64,000 nt of DNA from Saccostrea cucullata (taxonomy: Eukaryota), in NCBI RefSeq assembly GCF_032062105.1, contig NW_026935665.1, forward strand, positions 1 through 64,000. Reading direction: 5' to 3'. The stretch's first letter is position 1. Each line of letters opens with the position of its first letter. Positions 38,901 through 51,699 of this stretch are shown piece by piece. The position numbers and the translations under genes are program-made. The notes below the pieces were generated by a model. It had not been told where the DNA came from. It was given only the letters and a program-made list of their open reading frames with translations, and did no database searches.

Positions 38901-39009
38901 GTACCAAAACTGAAATCTTTTTGCCTAATATGCTGGCATTTCCTTTTACCAGAACAGTCCCTGGCCGCAACTGGCACACGGCATTTACAAGCTTCTTGCA
39001 TTGTGCAGT
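35361..39009 (-). CDS. Six-exon 3' part of an unknown gene (189 aa), weakly similar to the C-terminal helical domain of PWWP3A/MUM1
   Basis: Exons 39009-38905, 38802-38741, 38023-37906, 37729-37665, 37293-37213 and 35499-35361. All junctions are GT-AG, phases 0,2,0,2,2 are compatible, and the frame is open to TAA: [112 protein letters not shown]. No start codon was found. The family call rests on recalled motif similarity only. Confidence 0.75.
35715..35938. repeat. Two (TA)n microsatellites (35715-35765, 35859-35938)
   Basis: Perfect TA runs; source of the spurious IYIYIY ORFs. Confidence 0.95.
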
Positions 39010-39057
39010 CTGCAAATAAAACCAGCATAAAAGAATATTGCATACTTAAAGAATAAC

Positions 39058-39688
39058 TACAGAAGCCTGTTTAGGACCTATCAAATAATATATTTGAATT
39101 CGATATGACGAATTGTTGATATTGTTAAAACGAATTGAATTCGTTATAACAATTTTTTGGAATTCATTATAACGAATGTAATTTGTTGTAACAGATTTGA
39201 TAAATTCGTTAAAGCGAATTCAAAAATTTGTTAAAACAGATTAAATTTGTGAAAACGAATTCTAAAATTTGTAATAACAAATTAAATTTGTTTAAACAGA
39301 TTTAATTTTTGTTATAATGAAATGAAGTAGTTTCATAAAATTTGGACTATTAGGTCCTATGGAAAAAAATTTGTGAATTTGTTATAAAAAATTCAAGAAA
39401 CTTGATATTACAAATTTAATTTGTTATAATGAATTCAAAAATTGATATAACAAATTTAATTGTTTTAACAAATTTTAGAATCCGTCTGAACAAAATGAAC
39501 TCGCTACAAAAATTTTTTTGAATCGTTATAACAAAAATCAACAGATTTGTTATGACAGATTAAATTCATTATATCTAATTCAAAGAAATTTTTACAACGT
39601 ATCAAATTCGTTGTAACAAATTTGACAATTCGTTATTTTGGATTCAAAAATATGTTAATACACAAGTAGGTCCTAAATGGCTTCCTTA
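39058..39688. mobile_element. MITE with internal short degenerate repeats
   Basis: TIR GAAGCCTGTTTAGGACCTA / TAGGTCCTAAATGGCTTCC; interior is variants of AATTCGTTATAACAAATT. Confidence 0.75.
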
Positions 39689-39743
39689 AATAACGGTCTA
39701 CTTTTTTGAATTTTATGATGTAATCAATCAATTGGAATTTATG

Positions 39744-42700
39744 CGTATTCTTATCTGGTACAAGGTACAGGTAGGTGAGAGGAAGCTCTGAGATCAGGGA
39801 CATATCTCCATGTTAAACCAATCGTTTAAATATCCATAAAAGGTAAGGAGCTGCCGAGTAAGACCAGGGTAATAATTTCAGTATAAAATAAATCAGAATC
39901 TATGAAAGACAGGTTGGTATAAGACGAATATTTTGTCGTATTCTTATCTGATACAAGGTACAGGTAGGTGAGAAGAAGCTCTAAGATCAGGGACATATCT
40001 TCAGGTTAAACCTATCGTTTAAATGTCCATAAAAGGTGAGGAGTTGCCTAGTAAGATCAGGGTAAGAATTTCAGTATAAAATTAATCAGCATCTATGAAA
40101 CACAGGAAGGAATATAGCGAATATTTTGTCGTATTCTCATCTGGTACAAGGTACAAGTAGGTGAGAGAAAGCTCTGAGATCAGGGGAATATCTACATGTT
40201 AAACCGATCATTTGATTCTCCATAACAGGTAAGGAGTTGCCGGGTAAGACCAGGGTAATAATTTCTAAATAAAATAAATAAGAATCTATGGAAGACAGGT
40301 TGGAATAAGAGGAATATTTTGGCCGTATTCTTATCTAGTACAAGACACAGGTAGGTGAGAGAAAGCTCTGAGATCAGGGACATATCCACATGTAAAACCT
40401 ATCTTATGAATCTCCATAACTGGTAAGGAGTTGCCAAGTAAGACCAGGGTAATAATTTTAGTATAAAATAAATCAGAATCTATGAAAGACAGGTTGGAAT
40501 AAGACGAATATTTTGTCGGTTTCATAACTGGTACAAGGTACAGGTAGGTGAGAGAAAGCTCTGAGATCAGGGACATATCTTCATGTAAAACCTATCTTTT
40601 TAATATCCATAGAAGGTGAGGAGTTGCCTAGTAAGATCAGGGTAAGAAATTGAGTATAAAATTAATCAGTATCTATGAAAGACAGGTAGGAATATAACGA
40701 ATATTTTGGCCGTATTCTTATCTAGTACAAGGTACAGGTAGGTGAGAGAAAGCTCTGAGATCAGGGACATATCTTCATGTAAAACCTATCTTTTGAATCT
40801 CCAAAACAGGTAAGGAGTTGCCGGGTAAGACCAGGGTAATAATTTCTGTATAAAATAAATCAGAAACTATGGAAGACAGGTTGGAATAAGAGGAATATTT
40901 TGGCCGTATTCTTATCTGGTACAAGGTACAGGTAGGTGAGAGAAAGCTCTGAGATCAGGGACATATCTTTATGTTTAACCTATCCTTTAAATGTCCATAA
41001 AAGGTGAGGAGTTGCCTAGTAAGATCAGGGTAAGAAATTCAGTATAAAATTAATCAGTATCTATGAAAGACAGGTAGGAATATGACGAATATTTTGTCGT
41101 ATTCTTATCTAGTACAAGGTACAAGTAGGTGAGAGAAAGCTCTGAGATCAGGGGAATATCTACATGTTAAATCGATCATTTGTATCTCCAAAACAGGTAA
41201 GGAGTTGCCTAGTAAGGTCAGGGTAAGAATTTCAGTATAAAATAAATCAGAATCTATGACAGACAGGTTGGAATAAGACGAATATTTTGTTGTATTCTTA
41301 TCTGGTATAAGGTACAGGTAGGTGAGAGGAAGCTCTGAGATAGGGGACGTATCTCCATGTTAAACCTATCGTTTAAATATCCATAAAAGGTAAGGAGTTG
41401 CCGAGTAAGACCAGGGTAATAATTTCAGTACAAAATAAATCAGAATCTATGAAAGACAGGTTGGAATAAGACGAATATTTTGTCGTATTCTAATCTGGTA
41501 CAAGGTACAGGTAGGTGAGAGAAAGCTCTGAGATCAGGGACATATCATCATGTTTAACCTATCCTTTAAATGTCTATAAAAGGTGAGGAGTTGCCTAGTA
41601 AGATCAGGGTAAGAATTTCAGTATAAAATAAATCAGAATCTATGAAAGACAGGTTGGAATAAGACGAATATTTTGTCGTATTCTTATCTGGTACAAGGTA
41701 CAGGTAGATGAGAGGAAGCTCTGAGATCGGGGACATATCTCCTTGTTAAACCTATCGTTTAAATATCCATAAAAGGTAAGGAGTTGCCGAGTAAGACCAG
41801 GGTAATAATTTCAGTATAAAATAAATCAGAATCTAAGAAAGACAGGTTGGAATAAGACGAATATTTTGTCGTATTCTAATCTGGTACAGGGTACAGGTAG
41901 GTGAGAGAAAGCTCTGAGATCAGGGACATATCTTCATGTTTAACCTATCCTTTAAATGTCCATAAAAGGTGAGGAGTTGCCTAGTAAGATCAGGGTATGA
42001 ATTTCAGTATAAAATTAATCAGCATCTATGAAACACAGGAAGGAATATAGCGAATATTTTGTCGTATTCTTATCTGGTACAAGGTACAGGTAGGTGAGAG
42101 AAAGCTCTGAGATCAGGGGAATCTCTACATGTTAAACCGATCATTTGATTCTCCATAACAGGTAAGGAGTTGCCGGGTAAGACCAGGGTAATAATTTCTA
42201 AATAAAATAAATAAGAATCTATGGAAGACAGGTTGGAATAAGAGGAATATTTTGGCCGTATTCTTATCTAGTACAAGGCACAGGTAGGTGAGAGAAAGCT
42301 CTGAGATCAGGGACATATCCACATGTAAAACCTATCTTATGAATCTCCATAACTGGTAAAGAGTTGCCGAGTAAGACCAGGGTAATAATTTTAGTATAAA
42401 ATAAATCAGAATCTATGAAAGACAGGTTGGAATAAGACGAATATTTTGTCGTATTCTAATCTGGTACAAGGTACAGGTAGGTGAGAGAAAGCTCCGAGAT
42501 CAGGGACATATCCACATGTAAAACCTATCTTATGAATCTCCATAACTGGTAAAGAGTTGCCGAGTAAGACCAGGGTAATAATTTCAGTACAAAATAAATC
42601 AGAATCTATGAAAGACAGGTTGGAATAAGACGAATATTTTGTCGTATTCTAATCTGGTACAAGGTACAGGTAGGTGAGAGAAAGCTCTGAGATCAGGGAC

Positions 42701-43971
42701 ATATCATCATGTTTAACCTATCCTTTAAATGTCTATAAAAGGTGAGGAGTTGCCTAGTAAGATCAGGGTAAGAATTTCAGTATAAAATAAATCAGAATCT
42801 ATGAAAGACAGGTTGGAATAAGACGAATATTTTGTCGTATTCTTATCTGGTACAAGGTACAGGTAGATGAGAGGAAGCTCTGAGATCAGGGACATATCTT
42901 CTTGTTAAACCTATCGTTTAAATATCCATAAAAGGTAAGGAGTTGCCGAGTAAGACCAGGGTAATAATTTCAGTATAAAATAAATCAGAATCTAAGAAAG
43001 ACAGGTTGGAATAAGACGAATATTTTGTCGTATTCTAATCTGGTACAGGGTACAGGTAGGTGAGAGAAAGCTCTGAGATCAGGGGCATACCTTCATGTTT
43101 AACCTATCCTTTAAATGTCCATAAAAGGTGAGGAGTTGCCTAGTAAGATCAGGGTATGAATTTCAGTATAAAATTAATCAGCATCTATGAAACACAGGAA
43201 GGAATATAGCGAATATTTTGTCGTATTCTTATCTGGTACAAGGTACAGGTAGGTGAGAGAAAGCTCTGAGATCAGGGGAATATCTACATGTTAAACCGAT
43301 CATTTGATTCTCCATAACAGGTAAGGAGTTGCCGGGTAAGACCAGGGTAATAATTTCTAAATAAAATAAATAAGAATCTATGGAAGACAGGTTGGAATAA
43401 GAGGAATATTTTGGCCGTATTCTTATCTAGTACAAGGCACAGGTAGGTGAGAGAAAGCTCTGAGATCAGGGACATATCCACATGTAAAACCTATCTTATG
43501 AATCTCCATAACTGGTAAAGAGTTGCCGAGTAAGACCAGGGTAATAATTTTAGTATAAAATAAATCAGAATCTATGAAAGACAGGTTGGAATAAGACGAA
43601 TATTTTGTCGGTTTCATAACTGGTACAAGGTACAGGTAGGTGAGAGAAAGCTCTGAGATCAGGGACATATCTTCATGTAAAACCTATCTTTTTAATATCC
43701 ATAGAAGGTGAGGAGTTGCCTAGTAAGATCAGGGTAAGAAATTGAGTATAAAATTAATCAGTATCTATGAAAGACAGGTAGGAATATAACGAATATTTTG
43801 GCCGTATTCTTATCTAGTACAAGGTACAGGTAGGTGAGAGAAAGCTCTGAGATCAGGGACATATCTTCATGTAAAACCTATCTTTTGAATCTCCAAAACA
43901 GGTAAGGAGTTGCCGGGTAAGACCAGGGTAATAATTTCTGTATAAAATAAATCAGAAACTATGGAAGACAG
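39744..43971 (-). repeat. 193-bp satellite array 2 (~22 monomers), inverted relative to array 1
   Basis: Reverse complement of the array-1 monomer, period 193 (e.g. 39783 -> 39976), sharp edges on both sides. Confidence 0.97.
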
Positions 43972-44439
43972 ATTAAAATATGCCAAGTAATGATTCATAT
44001 CTTGTTTTCTTACATTTTGGGGAATTTTCGTTTTCTAAATCATTTATTTGAGAAATTTTGGAGTATATAAGACGCACATGTGTAAAGATTTTATCACCAA
44101 ATAAAACCTAACCACATATACTAATGAATGTTTGTATATATTCACTAAAGGGATCGAGTTCATTTGAAATTAAAAGTCCAATTAAATACAAATTGAGTAT
44201 TAACTGCTCAGTTCCTTGTAATTGTACTAATGAAATATTGAGATAACTAACTCTTGTTCAAGCTAAAGTTCATTTAAATAACACATATCGGAGCTGACCC
44301 ATAAGCAATTCAACATGAAAATAATGGTCGAACAATTACCGTCAAATCACATATTTCCTAGGGGTCAATTTTTTGTTGTTTGAGAAAAATATATTGCTTC
44401 TTGGAGAATTTATTTCGTGTATGAAGAACTGATCAACTC

Positions 44440-47430
44440 AGAACCAGATATGTCAGACTCAAATGTATTTTATATTTTGAATTCACTGAGATATATCGAG
44501 TCGAAATATTACAGAGGCAGTTATAGTTTATTGATTATATTATCTAACTAAGGAGTCATTAGGAGTTTACAACAATAACGCAAGGAAGCTCTATCTCATC
44601 ATATAATTTTGTGCATATTTAAACAATTTCATTCATTTTCATTTCATAATCCTCGCATATTTCTTCTATTATTCAATATGTAATTTTAATTACAATTCAC
44701 TTTGAATCTTAAACAGCATAAACAAGACTCTTCCGTGTTCTGTGTTTAGAACTTTCTAGAAAATTTTATTGGAAGGCTGTGCATCTGTGAATCAGAAAAA
44801 AAATCACTTTGCTTTAACAGAGACACAGTTTTTTTCTTTCATTTGAAAATTACTGGAAATAATAAATTCATTTACGTATAATCCGACCTACATAATCCTA
44901 GCATATTTATTCTATTATTCATTGTGTAATATATTGTAATTTCTTTCTTATCTCTACTTCTGAGGGCGGATCTCTCTAACAGCATAAACTACCCTGCAAC
45001 TCTTCAGTGTTCTGTGTTTAGAACTTTCTGGGAAATTTTATTGAAAGGCTGTACATCTGTGGATCAGATTACGTGTTGATTTTAAGAAAGAACATGCTAG
45101 ATATATTTCTAGAGATGCAATGAAAGCAGGAATTTCAGAAATAACAAGAAATTAATTTTGGTAACACCTTTGGAAAAGCAACAATTTGAAAATTGGAAGT
45201 CAGACAATATTCTTATTCGTATTTGTATGTGATATTTCGAATGGAAAAAGTAAATTTATCATCAGATAGAATTCAACAATATTATGAATAATAAATCAGT
45301 TATATCTGCCTTTCAAAAGCATACGACAAGCGATTCTAGAAAAAGAAAAGATAGGCTAAGGATCCATTACGTCCACTATTTTGGGTCCTCTTTTAGAATA
45401 ATACAACAATTTATCAATTAAAACCTGTTGCCATACCTTTTTAAAAAATAGTAATGGCTTTAGTTATTTGATACACAGTGGGCTCAGAAATGTCAGAAAT
45501 CTAAATTTAATCTAATCTAAATTTCCGATTGTTCTCATTTTTATGCAAATTTTGTTTAAGAAAACAAAAAACACAAGCTTGTCTATCTGCAAAATTTATA
45601 TGCATGTATCAAACGTATATCATGTACCTATATCAGATGCATTTTAGATATAAAAAATTTAGAATCTTTTCGAAATGAAAACTCAAATTTTACGAAATTC
45701 CGACAAAATTGAAAAATGTTGTTAAAACGTCCCAGTTCTGCGCCCTCTTGTAATCTCTTTTTAAGATTATAATCAAAATGTCTCTGTTTAAGATTAGAAT
45801 CAAAATAAAGTCTAAGTTTTAAAAATATTCATTATTTTTGTGATTGGCTACAGAATATCAAAATTGTAACTATGTTCTCTTAGGAAATGAATTAGTTGAT
45901 AAAACAAAACAAATATTCAATAAGTATTTGTGTTTACCAGAAAAAAAAACCAACTACATATAAGACTATGAACATATGTTTAATAAATCAGATATTAAAC
46001 TTCTAAAGTCAAAAAAATCAATTTAATTAAATAAAATTGTCAGTATCATAATTTATCCTCAAAGGATATTCCTTAGTTTATAAAAAAAGTCATTTGTAAT
46101 CTTTTGATAGCTTTCAGTTATATTATGATTGATAAATTAATTATTTCTGACATACAAGAGTATTAAAAAAGCAATACTGAATAAAGACAAGGTAGGCAAA
46201 GATCGCATTCTGCCCCTATTTTGCATTTTCTATTAGAATAATACAACATTTAGAAAAAAAAAACCTGTTGTAGCCCCTAACCTAAATTATTATAGGTTTT
46301 AAGTTATGAGATACACAGAGGGCACAGAAGAGTCGAACAAAAGTAAGAATGTTCTCATTTTTATGCAGTTTCTTTTGGATTGTACATCAAATTTTGTCTA
46401 CGGAGGTAAAGAACACAAGTTTTGTCAATTGCTAAATTGACATACATATATCATACACTTATGTTGGATATATCTTAGATATAGAAATGCAGACGTTTTT
46501 CGTAAATGAAAACTACTTCAAATTTTACTTACTTTCAACAGAATTGAGAAAAGTTCGGTAAATGTCCCAATCCCTGGCCTTCCTGTGGCCATTGTTTAAT
46601 CTTTAAATCAGAATTAGAGCTTAATTTTAATAAGAATCATATTAAGTTCTTGACTACAAAATATAACAAATTTCACTGTTTTGGCTTTCACATAATATAA
46701 GGGGTCTAATTCGGCCGTTTCCATATCTTGTCCGTAAAAGAGAACTTTTGTAAAAAAAAAAAATAGTTTATAATCAAGAAATTCAACGCAAGATCAAAGT
46801 CTATTTGTTGACAAAATGTATGGTATATGTATGCTAACAAAATCAGTAATTTAACTTCTAAGGACGAAAAGAAAAAAAAATAAAGTAAACAAATAAAGTT
46901 GTCAATATAATCAATTTTTCATAATGAGAGTAGACGGACATTTTCAAATGTTGTATTACATTAATAAATAAAATAGTAATAGAACACGGGATCTCATTTG
47001 TATTATAATTAAACTTAATGTTTTAAGACTTGTGACGAAAATATATCCCTACTCTGTAGTCATTTAAATACATTTGAAACATTCATGAGAAACACACTCT
47101 ATATTCTTGATTGGAAGGGAAAGGATTTGTTATATGATAGCTTCATGTCCTTTAATTTTAGAACACTTAATGTTTCTATGAAAGTCTGCTTCCCCCGGGA
47201 ATAAATAAATGCCAAGCAAAGTTTGGATGAAATCGGAAACTATATCAGCAATTAAATAAATTTCAAAAATATTACAGTTACTGTTTAATAAAAGCTTTTT
47301 TCATGTTGACAGTTTTAATATTTCAGAATTTTTTTGTGTTTGCTTACTTGGTCAATGGTTTGTTAACTTTATAAGAACCCAATTTTGGCAATAAGATTGT
47401 TTACAAGATCATCCACGTAACATTAGATTA
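44440..47430 (+). repeat. Old non-coding duplication; partner at ~59750-62050
   Basis: Collinear shared blocks, e.g. GAGTCGAAATATTACAGAGGCAG (44498/59808) and CTTCTGAGGGCGGATCTCTCTAACAGCATAAACTACC (44957/60185). Confidence 0.85.
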
Positions 47431-48642
47431 CATTTACTAAAAAATAAATAAAATAAGGGTTTTGATATGTTGATTAATTGTATACTATTTAACGTTCCTC
47501 TCCACAATATTTCACTGATATGGATACGTCACGATTGCCTCTCGTTAACGAAGCGAACTCTCTACCATTAGGCTACCGTGACCGGCCAGAACATTTTATT
47601 AATGTTGAAGAAAAGCTTTTTAAAAACATTTCAAAATAAACTTTTAAAAATATTTTAATTCTATTTTCAAGAAGCTTATGGTAATTTTTTTTATGGAGCA
47701 TTTTCTGAATTGTTTTTGAAACATATTAAAACTGTTTCCAATGTTATGTTAGTTTACAAATATTAACGATTTTTGCATGTCATTTTCTTTTTTTAAAAAA
47801 TGCTAGGGAAAACACCTAGATGAAGCTAAGGAGCAATTTACAATTTGATATAGTAACAGGAAACTTATTCGTTTCCACATATAAAACTAAATTCGGTAAG
47901 TTACAAAGAAAAATGCATTTGTAAAGGTTAACAATTATTTATTTAATGAAAAGATAAATCACAGTGAACAATATTAAATGTCTAGGGGACGATAGATACC
48001 TACTCGCAGTTATGTCTGTCTAGTTATGGCCGTTGACAACGCCACGGTGGTCAGCATCAGATGTGAAGGTGTTGTCCATAACGGGCTGACATACGCGCAA
48101 AGTCGGAGACAATTGCAAACCCGACGTGAAATGTAAAAATACTATAAGTATTATAATAACAACAATACACAACAGTTAAATAAATATGTGACCAGATATA
48201 ATAGCTAACACTGAACTAATGTAATTTAAAGATTTATAACTATAATGATAAGTCGATATAGGGCTGGATTCTGTTTTTCTTTATTTTATGGAGATAGAGA
48301 TTATTAAAGATGAAGTAAATGATAGAATCAAACAAGCTGAATTAATCCCTTAGATATCAATAACACTTTAAGGACAGATGATACAAACAAACAATCATCC
48401 GGGTTGGTATATATATATTTTTTTTTACCTAATTTCATTGCAATAAATTCTAGAATATAAAGAAATTGTAAACCGTCGGTGATGTTTAAAATTCTACCCT
48501 TCTGAAACCATCCTTATAATTCTATTCAGATATTTTTCACTTCAATTTCCATTTTGTGAAACTTTGAATAGAAATTATATTATAAACTACGCGGCGAAAC
48601 TTATTTTTTTTATTCATTAAAACATGACTTAAGTCGTTATTT

Positions 48643-49981
48643 ACAAGACTTTGAACAAAAGTTTGTTTGTATCATTTGTCATTAAAGATACATAGACAAA
48701 GAAGTATATAGGGTAAGGGCCATTTAAGGCCCCCACCCAGAAAATGTTTATCTTTACTATGGAGAGGGATAAGGCAAGGATGTTACTAAAAATATATAAT
48801 TTAATTTGACCAGGCGTACCGTTGCCATGGAAACCGTCGTCAAAATCATACACCTTCAGACCTCTAAATCTGGCATCTAATGCCATCTATTGTCATTTAA
48901 CCAATCTTTAATTTTGATACCAACTATATTGTCTTAAGTTAATGATAGTATGTATCCTTTTGGATATGTCAAAGTGACTATTTTACTAAGAAAATATATT
49001 TTAAATTTAATAGGGATTCCGTTACCATGGAAACTGTATTCAAACTTATTCCATTATATCTGAAATTATGGCTTTATTGACAATTAAGAGATCTGTAATT
49101 TTGGTAGCATCTATAAAATCTTCCATAAATATTTATATTTTGGATACCCTAAGATGATTTTGTACTTAGAATTATATTAAATTGATAGCAAGTCCGTTGC
49201 CATAGCAACCATTTTGTACAAACTTATTCCCTTAGATCAGTTTTTGTTGTTGTTTACCTAACAAAAGCAATCGTTTTTTTATACAATTTTTTTCCGATTT
49301 TTTTTTTTGTTGTTAAACTTTATATTTTTAGGAATAAAGAAAACAAGATAAGTTTGTTAAACTCTATGCGCCCGGTGGCAACAAAGTTCGAAAAAGCTAT
49401 TTTTAGCATATAGGTTACAGTCAAGGTCACAAGATCTTTGACCTTGGTGTCATTTGAAAGCACTTTACTAGTGAAGTATGCATACCAAATGTAAAGTCTA
49501 GTGAAGTATGCATACCAAATATAAAGTCTATCTCCTATGGTTCAAAAGTTAGAGCAAAAGTTCGAAAAAAAAACACTATTTTTAGCATAAAGGTCACAGT
49601 CAAGGTCACAAGTTCATTGACCTTGGTGTCAGTTGAAAGTGTTTAGTTAGTGGAGTATGCATTCTAGTGAAGCTTAAAGATGACAACAGACAGACAAACA
49701 GAAAAACAGACAGTCAAACATATAAACAGACAGACAGGACAAAAACAATATACGCCCCAAATAAATTCGGGCGCATAAATATTTAACATTTTAACAAAAA
49801 CTTGGTATTGAGGGACGTGGTTGTTGACAGGAATCAAATTGTCTCTCTTACAATTAGTCTGCCCGTTAATGCAGTCAATTCCGATAATAACTTTGTAACT
49901 TAGAAAAATTAGAAGTTTATATTCTAGTACATGTATACATATGATTTATGATTTGATAAAATCTCTAGTTCAAAGTCTTGT
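48643..49981. mobile_element. Decayed TIR element with X-box-like repeats and a nested Helentron-type element (49342-49779)
   Basis: 14-bp inverted ends ACAAGACTTTGAAC / GTTCAAAGTCTTGT; GTTRCCATRGMAAC at 48821, 49021 and 49196; the nested element has an AACAAG start, CAAGGTCA repeats, (ACAG)n and a 3' hairpin. Confidence 0.6.
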
Positions 49982-50261
49982 CAAAAATTGTTATACCATA
50001 ATCATTTATAAAAATCAAATCACTGGCAGATGAAAATATGAAATGCTAAGTATTAATTGGATTTTATCAATTATCGTTTTACAGAGGAATTCATGAAAAA
50101 AAAATACATCTGTATCATTCAGCATAATTTTGCAATATGAACATTAAAATTTTGCATTGCATGATCATATTTGAAGTGCAGAAATAACTAGTGGAACGAC
50201 TTATTGACTTATATTTTTTTATATTTATGAATTTTTAATTTATGATTCTGTAGCCAAAGTG

Positions 50262-50468
50262 TCGCCCACGTGGCGCAGTAGTTAAAGCATCTTTCGTTTA
50301 AACTGAGTTCCCGTATGTAGTAGGAGATGGCACGAAAAAGATCTCTCGCTGGTCAATTGCCTTAAGTGCCGGGTATAGGTTAGAATCTGTTGCCCTTCAT
50401 CTGCAAGTGGTGGTATCTCAATATAAAGAAAAATTCTCAACAGGGACATTGAAAACAATCTATCAATC
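50262..50468 (+). mobile_element. Decayed tRNA-headed SINE
   Basis: A-box-like GTGGCGCAGTAG, body homologous to the 4839-5105 SINE, CAAT-type tail. Other decayed SINE or tRNA-like heads at ~32925-33005 (+), ~47470-47590 (-) and ~50690-50855 (-). Confidence 0.55.
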
Positions 50469-51699
50469 ATTTTTTAATTTTCTCTTCATTGAAATCGATG
50501 GCATTTTCCTAATAACATGTACAAAAATGTTAGTATCAGAAAGGGAAGATCGTGTAAATACTGCCTACAATACATTGTTAAAAAATTCAAAAGGCATAAT
50601 GATATAAGGTTTTAAAAATTAAACATAAAAATGTAACTGGAATTCATGTAACTGGCCATTGAGGAGATACACAAATTCAATGAACAGGTTTGTTTGTTTG
50701 ATTTTTTTATCTACCCTTTCGAGAACTTTTTTTTTAATATTTGAAATCTTATGTCTCGATTCCGAAGTGAGATTTGAACCCTGTACTTAAGGATATTCTG
50801 CGCTATACTCTGCGACTCATGGGCAAATGATCTAACCACTGCGCCACACAGGTGCACCAATAGACCTGGCGAAATATCGGAATCTTGTTTTGATATCATA
50901 GAGGGGGGAGGGTGCAATCAGTAAAATATACTGAGTAATCAATATCTTTCTAGTATTTTGCCTCTTCGATAAAAAATTAATTTCAACTGGTACAGTGTAC
51001 TTTTTTGAGATTTTTCCGAGAAGAAATACAACTACACGGGTAAGAACCTTGACTGTATTACAAACTACGAAGGTTTAAGCAATGACACATGCCACTTTCT
51101 CAACACTAAAAAAAAAATGTATTTTAAAACTTCCTATCTGTACAGTCCGGAAAAGAAATCACAATGTTTTAACTATTTAATTAAAATTAAAGGGAAATAA
51201 ATATTATAATATTAAAAAAGAAATAAAATAGTTGAGGTTAAAAATACTATATCATGTTGAGTGTTACTGCAGTAATCAGTAAAAAAAAATGTTTAGACAA
51301 AGGGTATATGACCTTATGTATATGTACGTGTATAATAGGTCCTTCGTAACTAAGTATAAACCTATTTAATTTAATAATTCACACTATGATAGTTTTTATA
51401 ATAACACATTAACCCTAAAAATTCAGAAATTAAATTAATGAATTTTTAGAATTAAAAATGTGATGCATTTTTATTGTTTTGTTTTTACTATATAAATAAA
51501 ATGTTGATTCAAAACTTTCTTACTATTTATTTTTATCTAGGCCTATTCATTATTTTTTTTGTACATATAAATAAGTTAATTATGCAATAAAATTAAATTA
51601 TAGAAATACTAATATTATTTCTATTTGAGTATTTGTACTCAACATTTATAGAAAAAAAATGTTTTAGTTGGTTTTATTGAAATTACTAATGCCCCGAAC

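Noticed and set aside
30802-43668. Repeated 62-81-aa ORFs (MSLISELSLTYL.., MDMSLISEL..) in the satellite arrays
   Set aside because: The monomer length of 193 is not a multiple of 3, stops vary between monomers, and no domain is recognisable; these are by-products of the repeat.
47995-48130. GC-richer patch with a minus-strand donor-like site, considered as an upstream exon of the hidden gene
   Set aside because: All three minus-strand frames hit stops before the donor; it cannot be joined to the 39009 exon.
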